Assembly: GCA_964057225.1 (NCBI GenBank)
Contig: OZ059894.1
Location: 12,152,001-12,216,000 of the forward strand
Source: Auanema rhodensis
Taxonomy: Eukaryota; Animalia; Nematoda
DNA length: 64,000 bases
Direction: 5' to 3'
In this document: piece after piece, positions 1 to 11,047 of the stretch
Numbering within the stretch: position 1 is the stretch's first letter
How the letters are laid out: every line of letters starts with the position of its first letter
Made by a program: the position numbers and the translations under genes
The notes under the pieces: model-generated
What the model was told of the DNA's origin: nothing
The model's database searches: none
The model's input: the letters and a program-made list of their open reading frames with translations, nothing else

Positions 1-17
1 AAAGGCCGAGAAGCGAT
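1..17 (-). ncRNA. U2: U2 snRNA, 5' 17 nt (cut by window edge)
   Basis: Reverse complement ATCGCTTCTCGGCCTTT in unit context. Confidence 0.85.
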
Positions 18-59
18 ACAGCATAGCCATGAGTATCAAAGACATCAAGCAAATGTATC

Positions 60-88
60 GTACTTGTTACGAGTGCACTCTCTCATTT
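60..88 (-). promoter_or_regulatory. Candidate U2 proximal sequence element (PSE) region
   Basis: Palindrome GAGTGCACTC (71-80) at -54 to -63 from U2 +1, where snRNA PSEs normally lie; no consensus match verified. Confidence 0.35.
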
Positions 89-449
89 GAATATAAAAGT
101 GTGGTTTGACAATCTTGACTGTACAGGTCATAAATGGCTCATATAAACTGTGGATTTACTCAACTTTTGGACTTATTTTTTTCTTATTCGAAGCGCTGCA
201 CTTTTTTCTATTCTTTTTATTCAAATACTTGTATATAGTTTTATATGTACGGTTGCAAAGTTTCCGAATATTTTATATATTTTTATACAATAATTAGGAG
301 AAGGTTAATACAATGAAATCTCCCAACTTTACAGTGTTTGTATTGCTTACAGTATCTAGAACAACCACTCTTGTAATATTAGAGCACATATCAATCAACA
401 ACTTTTTCTAGTTATCAAAGCTTTTTTATTTCTTCAAGATATTTCAAAT

Positions 450-460
450 AAAATATAAAA
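450..460 (-). terminator. Pol III T-run terminator of 5S (same after every 5S copy)
   Basis: Minus strand TTTTATATTTT at the 5S 3' end. Confidence 0.75.
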
Positions 461-578
461 GCTTACGACACCCGGGATTCCCAAGCCGTCTCCGATCCAA
501 GTACTAACCGGGCCCAACGTTGCTTGACTTGCCAGATCGGACGGGATGGCGTACTTTCAACGTGGTATGGTCGTAAGC
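460..578 (-). rRNA. 5S: 5S rRNA
   Basis: GCTTACGACCATACCACGTTGAAAG...GTTAGTACTTGGATCGGAGAC...GTCGTAAGCT, 119 nt, complementary ends, followed by a T-run; nematode-like. Confidence 0.97.
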
Positions 579-600
579 AATGTTATATTCTTCATTATCA

Positions 601-608
601 GTTATATC
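601..608 (-). promoter_or_regulatory. TATA-like element about -25 to -30 upstream of 5S
   Basis: GATATAAC on the minus strand, kept in both 5S cassettes; positional inference. Confidence 0.45.
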
Positions 609-819
609 ACTCTAAATCTTGTTGTTAATAGTTAGGACCACAAAGAAAACAACAGGAACAGTAACAAATGAAATGCCCAAACTTTACAGTGTTCGAGTTA
701 TTTACAGTATCTAAGACTACCTCTGTCGTGTTATTAGAGCAAACATTCGATTAACAACAACTTTTTTTTAGTTATCAAAGCTTTTTTATTTCTTCAAAAA
801 ATTTCAAATAAAATATAAA

Positions 820-938
820 AGCTTACGACACCCGGGATTCCCAAGCCGTCTCCGATCCAAGTACTAACCGGGCCCAACGTTGCTTGACTTGCCAGATCGG
901 ACGGGATGGCGTACTTTCAACGTGGTATGGTCGTAAGC
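820..938 (-). rRNA. 5S: 5S rRNA
   Basis: Identical second copy 360 bp away. Confidence 0.97.
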
Positions 939-1080
939 AATGTCATATTCTTCATTATCAGTTATATCACTCTAAATCTTGTTGTTAATAGATACGACCA
1001 CAAAGAAAACAACAGGAACAGTAACAATAACAAAAAAAATTTTTTTTTCACCTATGTGTCTAAAGGTTAGCCATGTATCC

Positions 1081-1084
<4 letters not shown>

Positions 1085-1126
<42 letters not shown>
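1085..1126. repeat. (AT)21 microsatellite (first-unit example; about 5-27 repeats across units)
   Basis: Read directly; (AT)11 at 13481-13502, (AT)5 at 46176-46185. Confidence 0.97.
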
Positions 1127-1128
<2 letters not shown>

Positions 1129-1953
1129 ACAGTAAAAAGTCCAATCAAGAGAGAAATTTTTTCAACACATAGTTGTTTTTTTTTTAAATATCATTGTTTT
1201 TCCTCATAACTCGGTTTAAACTCGTTCTAACCCGTTGAAATACGTCTAGAAAGTCTTTATAACATGCATATGTATGATAGAACTTCATATTTATTGTAAT
1301 AGAAAATTTTATTTTCAGACGTCTTGGTTAACAATGATATGTTTTACCCCCTTATAATTTTTATCATAATGTTCCTTATACGGAACGCTCAATGAAACTT
1401 GCTTCCAGAAAAATTTCTTTCTATTTTTTCTTCATATGTACGTAGATACTATAGAGAACTATGATAGAAAACTTTAACATTCACGAAATCATCATTTCTC
1501 ATTACGCTACGGAGGTTTAAAAAGCTGTGTTTTACCTTATAATAGACCGGAAAACCCTTGTGTTAAAACTGGACCGTTTTTACACATATAAAAATGTCCC
1601 GTATTCGGGACCCTAATGTAACTTTTGATTCCCTATATTTTTTTTCATGAAATTTACAATCTACTGTAGAAAGAAGAATTATTTTTATAAAAACTGTAAA
1701 TTTTTGAAAAATGAAAACAAAACGAAAACAAAAACAACTTTTTTTTGAACATTTTCTCACACAAGGGTCCCCCCTTACCTACTTTTTTTCTCATTACTCG
1801 TTTCAACCTCATCCGATCACTCTGCAAACATGTTTAATCGTTCTAACTTGTTGAAATACGTCTTAAAAGTCTAAACAACATGCATATGCATAATAGAAAC
1901 CACCCGAATAGGCCCCCACGCACTAAACGAGATATATACATTACCAGTATAGT

Positions 1954-1993
1954 AATAGAACACATATTGAAGATTAATTCGATAAGAACAATT
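1954..1993 (-). pseudogene. Decayed U2 fragment (nt 39-78), present in every unit (first-unit example)
   Basis: aatagaacacatattgaagattaattcgataagaacaatt matches the U2 gene at 36/40 positions. Confidence 0.88.
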
Positions 1994-2307
1994 TATTGAC
2001 GTAGAGAATGTTTGTTCCGAAAAACTACAATATTAAACTATAAAAGTAACAAAAGCGTAGAGGCAGCAAAGACATGAATAAACATAAATGTAAATACAGA
2101 ATTACCAGGTAGTACATAAGTATGACAAAAAATTATAAGAAAGCCATGAAAATAGAAGGTTTGTGAACAAATGAGAGGTACATCTTTGATCGTATAGTCA
2201 TTTCTAAACCGTTCGTATGCTGCAGCATCGTCATAAGCGTCACTCAAGTTGAATTTCCATGTGTACTACACGATTTTCATTCTTATTGTTACATTCTTTC
2301 CCTGAGG

Positions 2308-2494
2308 GAATGGGCCGTTCCCGCCAGCAGTGCAAGAGCGGGTCGACCCGTGAGGTGGAGCTAGCAAGCCAGCATCTACCTCAAGTCTCAAAAATCGGTT
2401 AACCTTATTGTGAACCAATGGAACACATATCGAAGGTTAATTCGATAAGAACGATTACTACACTTTGATCTTAGCCAAAAGGCCGAGAAGCGAT
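2308..2494 (-). ncRNA. U2: U2 snRNA
   Basis: ATCGCTTCTCGGCCTTTTGGCTAAGATCAAAGTGTAGTA start; stem IIa TATCGAA/TTCGATA; Sm site ATTTTTG; stem IV with TTGCAC loop. Confidence 0.96.
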
Positions 2495-2936
2495 ACAGCA
2501 TAGCCATGAGTATCAAAGACATCAAGCAAATGTATCGTACTTGTTACGAGTGCACTCTCTCATTTGAATATAAAAGTGTGGTTTGACAATCTTGACTGTA
2601 CAGGTCATAAATGGCTCATATAAACTGTGGATTTACTCAACTTTTGGACTTATTTTTTTCTTATTCGAAGCGCTGCACTTTTTTCTATTCTTTTTATTCA
2701 AATACTTGTATATAGTTTTATATGTACGGTTGCAAAGTTTCCGAATATTTTATATATTTTTATACAATAATTAGGAGAAGGTTAATACAATGAAATCTCC
2801 CAACTTTACAGTGTTTGTATTGCTTACAGTATCTAGAACAACCACTCTTGTAATATTAGAGCACATATCAATCAACAACTTTTTCTAGTTATCAAAGCTT
2901 TTTTATTTCTTCAAGATATTTCAAATAAAATATAAA

Positions 2937-3055
2937 AGCTTACGACACCCGGGATTCCCAAGCCGTCTCCGATCCAAGTACTAACCGGGCCCAACGTTGC
3001 TTGACTTGCCAGATCGGACGGGATGGCGTACTTTCAACGTGGTATGGTCGTAAGC
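2937..3055 (-). rRNA. 5S: 5S rRNA
   Basis: Repeat copy. Confidence 0.96.
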
Positions 3056-3296
3056 AATGTTATATTCTTCATTATCAGTTATATCACTCTAAATCTTGTT
3101 GTTAATAGTTAGGACCACAAAGAAAACAACAGGAACAGTAACAAATGAAATGCCCAAACTTTACAGTGTTCGAGTTATTTACAGTATCTAAGACTACCTC
3201 TGTCGTGTTATTAGAGCAAACATTCGATTAACAACAACTTTTTTTTAGTTATCAAAGCTTTTTTATTTCTTCAAAAAATTTCAAATAAAATATAAA

Positions 3297-3415
3297 AGCT
3301 TACGACACCCGGGATTCCCAAGCCGTCTCCGATCCAAGTACTAACCGGGCCCAACGTTGCTTGACTTGCCAGATCGGACGGGATGGCGTACTTTCAACGT
3401 GGTATGGTCGTAAGC
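3297..3415 (-). rRNA. 5S: 5S rRNA
   Basis: Repeat copy. Confidence 0.96.
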
Positions 3416-3557
3416 AATGTCATATTCTTCATTATCAGTTATATCACTCTAAATCTTGTTGTTAATAGATACGACCACAAAGAAAACAACAGGAACAGTA
3501 ACAATAACAAAAAAAATTTTTTTTTCACCTATGTGTCTAAAGGTTAGCCATGTATCC

Positions 3558-3607
<50 letters not shown>

Positions 3608-4785
3608 ACAGTAAAAAGTCCAATCAAGAGAGAAATTTTTTCAACACATAGTTGTTTTTTTTTTAAATATCATTGTTTTTCCTCATAACTCGGTTTAAAC
3701 TCGTTCTAACCCGTTGAAATACGTCTAGAAAGTCTTTATAACATGCATATGTATGATAGAACTTCATATTTATTGTAATAGAAAATTTTATTTTCAGACG
3801 TCTTGGTTAACAATGATATGTTTTACCCCCTTATAATTTTTATCATAATGTTCCTTATACGGAACGCTCAATGAAACTTGCTTCCAGAAAAATTTCTTTC
3901 TATTTTTTCTTCATATGTACGTAGATACTATAGAGAACTATGATAGAAAACTTTAACATTCACGAAATCATCATTTCTCATTACGCTACGGAGGTTTAAA
4001 AAGCTGTGTTTTACCTTATAATAGACCGGAAAACCCTTGTGTTAAAACTGGACCGTTTTTACACATATAAAAATGTCCCGTATTCGGGACCCTAATGTAA
4101 CTTTTGATTCCCTATATTTTTTTTCATGAAATTTACAATCTACTGTAGAAAGAAGAATTATTTTTATAAAAACTGTAAATTTTTGAAAAATGAAAACAAA
4201 ACGAAAACAAAAGAACTTTTTTTTGAACATTTTCTCACACAAGGGTCCCCCCTTACCTACTTTTTTTCTCATTACTCGTTTCAACCTCATCCGATCACTC
4301 TGCAAACATGTTTAATCGTTCTAACTTGTTGAAATACGTCTTAAAAGTCTAAACAACATGCATATGCATAATAGAAACCACCCGAATAGGCCCCCACGCA
4401 CTAAACGAGATATATACATTACCAGTATAGTAATAGAACACATATTGAAGATTAATTCGATAAGAACAATTTATTGACGTAGAGAATGTTTGTTCCGAAA
4501 AACTACAATATTAAACTATAAAAGTAACAAAAGCGTAGAGGCAGCAAAGACATGAATAAACATAAATGTAAATACAGAATTACCAGGTAGTACATAAGTA
4601 TGACAAAAAATTATAAGAAAGCCATGAAAATAGAAGGTTTGTGAACAAATGAGAGGTACATCTTTGATCGTATAGTCATTTCTAAACCGTTCGTATGCTG
4701 CAGCATCGTCATAAGCGTCACTCAAGTTGAATTTCCATGTGTACTACACGATTTTCATTCTTATTGTTACATTCTTTCCCTGAGG

Positions 4786-4972
4786 GAATGGGCCGTTCCC
4801 GCCAGCAGTGCAAGAGCGGGTCGACCCGTGAGGTGGAGCTAGCAAGCCAGCATCTACCTCAAGTCTCAAAAATCGGTTAACCTTATTGTGAACCAATGGA
4901 ACACATATCGAAGGTTAATTCGATAAGAACGATTACTACACTTTGATCTTAGCCAAAAGGCCGAGAAGCGAT
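4786..4972 (-). ncRNA. U2: U2 snRNA
   Basis: Repeat copy of 2308-2494. Confidence 0.95.
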
Positions 4973-5414
4973 ACAGCATAGCCATGAGTATCAAAGACAT
5001 CAAGCAAATGTATCGTACTTGTTACGAGTGCACTCTCTCATTTGAATATAAAAGTGTGGTTTGACAATCTTGACTGTACAGGTCATAAATGGCTCATATA
5101 AACTGTGGATTTACTCAACTTTTGGACTTATTTTTTTCTTATTCGAAGCGCTGCACTTTTTTCTATTCTTTTTATTCAAATACTTGTATATAGTTTTATA
5201 TGTACGGTTGCAAAGTTTCCGAATATTTTATATATTTTTATACAATAATTAGGAGAAGGTTAATACAATGAAATCTCCCAACTTTACAGTGTTTGTATTG
5301 CTTACAGTATCTAGAACAACCACTCTTGTAATATTAGAGCACATATCAATCAACAACTTTTTCTAGTTATCAAAGCTTTTTTATTTCTTCAAGATATTTC
5401 AAATAAAATATAAA

Positions 5415-5533
5415 AGCTTACGACACCCGGGATTCCCAAGCCGTCTCCGATCCAAGTACTAACCGGGCCCAACGTTGCTTGACTTGCCAGATCGGACGGG
5501 ATGGCGTACTTTCAACGTGGTATGGTCGTAAGC
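5415..5533 (-). rRNA. 5S: 5S rRNA
   Basis: Repeat copy. Confidence 0.96.
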
Positions 5534-5774
5534 AATGTTATATTCTTCATTATCAGTTATATCACTCTAAATCTTGTTGTTAATAGTTAGGACCACAAAG
5601 AAAACAACAGGAACAGTAACAAATGAAATGCCCAAACTTTACAGTGTTCGAGTTATTTACAGTATCTAAGACTACCTCTGTCGTGTTATTAGAGCAAACA
5701 TTCGATTAACAACAACTTTTTTTTAGTTATCAAAGCTTTTTTATTTCTTCAAAAAATTTCAAATAAAATATAAA

Positions 5775-5893
5775 AGCTTACGACACCCGGGATTCCCAAG
5801 CCGTCTCCGATCCAAGTACTAACCGGGCCCAACGTTGCTTGACTTGCCAGATCGGACGGGATGGCGTACTTTCAACGTGGTATGGTCGTAAGC
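5775..5893 (-). rRNA. 5S: 5S rRNA
   Basis: Repeat copy. Confidence 0.96.
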
Positions 5894-6035
5894 AATGTCA
5901 TATTCTTCATTATCAGTTATATCACTCTAAATCTTGTTGTTAATAGATACGACCACAAAGAAAACAACAGGAACAGTAACAATAACAAAAAAAATTTTTT
6001 TTTCACCTATGTGTCTAAAGGTTAGCCATGTATCC

Positions 6036-6095
<60 letters not shown>

Positions 6096-7274
6096 ACAGT
6101 AAAAAGTCCAATCAAGAGAGAAATTTTTTCAACACATAGTTGTTTTTTTTTTAAATATCATTGTTTTTCCTCATAACTCGGTTTAAACTCGTTCTAACCC
6201 GTTGAAATACGTCTAGAAAGTCTTTATAACATGCATATGTATGATAGAACTTCATATTTATTGTAATAGAAAATTTTATTTTCAGACGTCTTGGTTAACA
6301 ATGATATGTTTTACCCCCTTATAATTTTTATCATAATGTTCCTTATACGGAACGCTCAATGAAACTTGCTTCCAGAAAAATTTCTTTCTATTTTTTCTTC
6401 ATATGTACGTAGATACTATAGAGAACTATGATAGAAAACTTTAACATTCACGAAATCATCATTTCTCATTACGCTACGGAGGTTTAAAAAGCTGTGTTTT
6501 ACCTTATAATAGACCGGAAAACCCTTGTGTTAAAACTGGACCGTTTTTACACATATAAAAATGTCCCGTATTCGGGACCCTAATGTAACTTTTGATTCCC
6601 TATATTTTTTTTCATGAAATTTACAATCTACTGTAGAAAGAAGAATTATTTTTATAAAAACTGTAAATTTTTGAAAAATGAAAACAAAACGAAAACAAAA
6701 ACAACTTTTTTTTGAACATTTTCTCACACAAGGGTCCCCCCTTACCTACTTTTTTTCTCATTACTCGTTTCAACCTCATCCGATCACTCTGCAAACATGT
6801 TTAATCGTTCTAACTTGTTGAAATACGTCTTAAAAGTCTAAACAACATGCATATGCATAATAGAAACCACCCGAATAGGCCCCCACGCACTAAACGAGAT
6901 ATATACATTACCAGTATAGTAATAGAACACATATTGAAGATTAATTCGATAAGAACAATTTATTGACGTAGAGAATGTTTGTTCCGAAAAACTACAATAT
7001 TAAACTATAAAAGTAACAAAAGCGTAGAGGCAGCAAAGACATGAATAAACATAAATGTAAATACAGAATTACCAGGTAGTACATAAGTATGACAAAAAAT
7101 TATAAGAAAGCCATGAAAATAGAAGGTTTGTGAACAAATGAGAGGTACATCTTTGATCGTATAGTCATTTCTAAACCGTTCGTATGCTGCAGCATCGTCA
7201 TAAGCGTCACTCAAGTTGAATTTCCATGTGTACTACACGATTTTCATTCTTATTGTTACATTCTTTCCCTGAGG

Positions 7275-7461
7275 GAATGGGCCGTTCCCGCCAGCAGTGC
7301 AAGAGCGGGTCGACCCGTGAGGTGGAGCTAGCAAGCCAGCATCTACCTCAAGTCTCAAAAATCGGTTAACCTTATTGTGAACCAATGGAACACATATCGA
7401 AGGTTAATTCGATAAGAACGATTACTACACTTTGATCTTAGCCAAAAGGCCGAGAAGCGAT
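7275..7461 (-). ncRNA. U2: U2 snRNA
   Basis: Repeat copy. Confidence 0.95.
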
Positions 7462-7903
7462 ACAGCATAGCCATGAGTATCAAAGACATCAAGCAAATGT
7501 ATCGTACTTGTTACGAGTGCACTCTCTCATTTGAATATAAAAGTGTGGTTTGACAATCTTGACTGTACAGGTCATAAATGGCTCATATAAACTGTGGATT
7601 TACTCAACTTTTGGACTTATTTTTTTCTTATTCGAAGCGCTGCACTTTTTTCTATTCTTTTTATTCAAATACTTGTATATAGTTTTATATGTACGGTTGC
7701 AAAGTTTCCGAATATTTTATATATTTTTATACAATAATTAGGAGAAGGTTAATACAATGAAATCTCCCAACTTTACAGTGTTTGTATTGCTTACAGTATC
7801 TAGAACAACCACTCTTGTAATATTAGAGCACATATCAATCAACAACTTTTTCTAGTTATCAAAGCTTTTTTATTTCTTCAAGATATTTCAAATAAAATAT
7901 AAA

Positions 7904-8022
7904 AGCTTACGACACCCGGGATTCCCAAGCCGTCTCCGATCCAAGTACTAACCGGGCCCAACGTTGCTTGACTTGCCAGATCGGACGGGATGGCGTACTT
8001 TCAACGTGGTATGGTCGTAAGC
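7904..8022 (-). rRNA. 5S: 5S rRNA
   Basis: Repeat copy. Confidence 0.96.
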
Positions 8023-8263
8023 AATGTTATATTCTTCATTATCAGTTATATCACTCTAAATCTTGTTGTTAATAGTTAGGACCACAAAGAAAACAACAGG
8101 AACAGTAACAAATGAAATGCCCAAACTTTACAGTGTTCGAGTTATTTACAGTATCTAAGACTACCTCTGTCGTGTTATTAGAGCAAACATTCGATTAACA
8201 ACAACTTTTTTTTAGTTATCAAAGCTTTTTTATTTCTTCAAAAAATTTCAAATAAAATATAAA

Positions 8264-8382
8264 AGCTTACGACACCCGGGATTCCCAAGCCGTCTCCGAT
8301 CCAAGTACTAACCGGGCCCAACGTTGCTTGACTTGCCAGATCGGACGGGATGGCGTACTTTCAACGTGGTATGGTCGTAAGC
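8264..8382 (-). rRNA. 5S: 5S rRNA
   Basis: Repeat copy. Confidence 0.96.
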
Positions 8383-8524
8383 AATGTCATATTCTTCATT
8401 ATCAGTTATATCACTCTAAATCTTGTTGTTAATAGATACGACCACAAAGAAAACAACAGGAACAGTAACAATAACAAAAAAAATTTTTTTTTCACCTATG
8501 TGTCTAAAGGTTAGCCATGTATCC

Positions 8525-8570
<46 letters not shown>

Positions 8571-9749
8571 ACAGTAAAAAGTCCAATCAAGAGAGAAATT
8601 TTTTCAACACATAGTTGTTTTTTTTTTAAATATCATTGTTTTTCCTCATAACTCGGTTTAAACTCGTTCTAACCCGTTGAAATACGTCTAGAAAGTCTTT
8701 ATAACATGCATATGTATGATAGAACTTCATATTTATTGTAATAGAAAATTTTATTTTCAGACGTCTTGGTTAACAATGATATGTTTTACCCCCTTATAAT
8801 TTTTATCATAATGTTCCTTATACGGAACGCTCAATGAAACTTGCTTCCAGAAAAATTTCTTTCTATTTTTTCTTCATATGTACGTAGATACTATAGAGAA
8901 CTATGATAGAAAACTTTAACATTCACGAAATCATCATTTCTCATTACGCTACGGAGGTTTAAAAAGCTGTGTTTTACCTTATAATAGACCGGAAAACCCT
9001 TGTGTTAAAACTGGACCGTTTTTACACATATAAAAATGTCCCGTATTCGGGACCCTAATGTAACTTTTGATTCCCTATATTTTTTTTCATGAAATTTACA
9101 ATCTACTGTAGAAAGAAGAATTATTTTTATAAAAACTGTAAATTTTTGAAAAATGAAAACAAAACGAAAACAAAAACAACTTTTTTTTGAACATTTTCTC
9201 ACACAAGGGTCCCCCCTTACCTACTTTTTTTCTCATTACTCGTTTCAACCTCATCCGATCACTCTGCAAACATGTTTAATCGTTCTAACTTGTTGAAATA
9301 CGTCTTAAAAGTCTAAACAACATGCATATGCATAATAGAAACCACCCGAATAGGCCCCCACGCACTAAACGAGATATATACATTACCAGTATAGTAATAG
9401 AACACATATTGAAGATTAATTCGATAAGAACAATTTATTGACGTAGAGAATGTTTGTTCCGAAAAACTACAATATTAAACTATAAAAGTAACAAAAGCGT
9501 AGAGGCAGCAAAGACATGAATAAACATAAATGTAAATACAGAATTACCAGGTAGTACATAAGTATGACAAAAAATTATAAGAAAGCCATGAAAATAGAAG
9601 GTTTGTGAACAAATGAGAGGTACATCTTTGATCGTATAGTCATTTCTAAACCGTTCGTATGCTGCAGCATCGTCATAAGCGTCACTCAAGTTGAATTTCC
9701 ATGTGTACTACACGATTTTCATTCTTATTGTTACATTCTTTCCCTGAGG

Positions 9750-9936
9750 GAATGGGCCGTTCCCGCCAGCAGTGCAAGAGCGGGTCGACCCGTGAGGTGG
9801 AGCTAGCAAGCCAGCATCTACCTCAAGTCTCAAAAATCGGTTAACCTTATTGTGAACCAATGGAACACATATCGAAGGTTAATTCGATAAGAACGATTAC
9901 TACACTTTGATCTTAGCCAAAAGGCCGAGAAGCGAT
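9750..9936 (-). ncRNA. U2: U2 snRNA
   Basis: Repeat copy. Confidence 0.95.
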
Positions 9937-10378
9937 ACAGCATAGCCATGAGTATCAAAGACATCAAGCAAATGTATCGTACTTGTTACGAGTGCACTCT
10001 CTCATTTGAATATAAAAGTGTGGTTTGACAATCTTGACTGTACAGGTCATAAATGGCTCATATAAACTGTGGATTTACTCAACTTTTGGACTTATTTTTT
10101 TCTTATTCGAAGCGCTGCACTTTTTTCTATTCTTTTTATTCAAATACTTGTATATAGTTTTATATGTACGGTTGCAAAGTTTCCGAATATTTTATATATT
10201 TTTATACAATAATTAGGAGAAGGTTAATACAATGAAATCTCCCAACTTTACAGTGTTTGTATTGCTTACAGTATCTAGAACAACCACTCTTGTAATATTA
10301 GAGCACATATCAATCAACAACTTTTTCTAGTTATCAAAGCTTTTTTATTTCTTCAAGATATTTCAAATAAAATATAAA

Positions 10379-10497
10379 AGCTTACGACACCCGGGATTCC
10401 CAAGCCGTCTCCGATCCAAGTACTAACCGGGCCCAACGTTGCTTGACTTGCCAGATCGGACGGGATGGCGTACTTTCAACGTGGTATGGTCGTAAGC
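10379..10497 (-). rRNA. 5S: 5S rRNA
   Basis: Repeat copy. Confidence 0.96.
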
Positions 10498-10738
10498 AAT
10501 GTTATATTCTTCATTATCAGTTATATCACTCTAAATCTTGTTGTTAATAGTTAGGACCACAAAGAAAACAACAGGAACAGTAACAAATGAAATGCCCAAA
10601 CTTTACAGTGTTCGAGTTATTTACAGTATCTAAGACTACCTCTGTCGTGTTATTAGAGCAAACATTCGATTAACAACAACTTTTTTTTAGTTATCAAAGC
10701 TTTTTTATTTCTTCAAAAAATTTCAAATAAAATATAAA

Positions 10739-10857
10739 AGCTTACGACACCCGGGATTCCCAAGCCGTCTCCGATCCAAGTACTAACCGGGCCCAACGTT
10801 GCTTGACTTGCCAGATCGGACGGGATGGCGTACTTTCAACGTGGTATGGTCGTAAGC
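10739..10857 (-). rRNA. 5S: 5S rRNA
   Basis: Repeat copy. Confidence 0.96.
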
Positions 10858-10999
10858 AATGTCATATTCTTCATTATCAGTTATATCACTCTAAATCTTG
10901 TTGTTAATAGATACGACCACAAAGAAAACAACAGGAACAGTAACAATAACAAAAAAAATTTTTTTTTCACCTATGTGTCTAAAGGTTAGCCATGTATCC

Positions 11000-11047
<48 letters not shown>

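Larger units (their letters stand above)
311..1026. repeat. Internal 360-bp tandem duplication of the 5S cassette (first-unit example)
   Basis: About 311-670 vs 671-1026; 5S and proximal flanks near-identical, distal spacer diverged. Confidence 0.9.

Noticed and set aside
1213-1240. GGTTTAA starts resembling spliced-leader exons (also near 1515, and a TTGAG end at 2243-2258 on the minus strand)
   Set aside because: None gives a ~22-nt leader ending AG/GT with a suitably placed Sm site; a covariance-model search would be decisive.
106-2247. Short ORFs repeated in every unit (MTIL..., MLLI..., MRKC..., MSDAY...)
   Set aside because: Non-ATG starts, low-complexity F/I/K/Y composition, frames broken by microsatellite length, no recognisable domains; recurrence only reflects the DNA repeat.
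2261-2272. GTGTAGTA on the minus strand just downstream of U2, matching the branch-recognition motif
   Set aside because: Only 8 nt with no flanking U2 similarity; compatible with chance.
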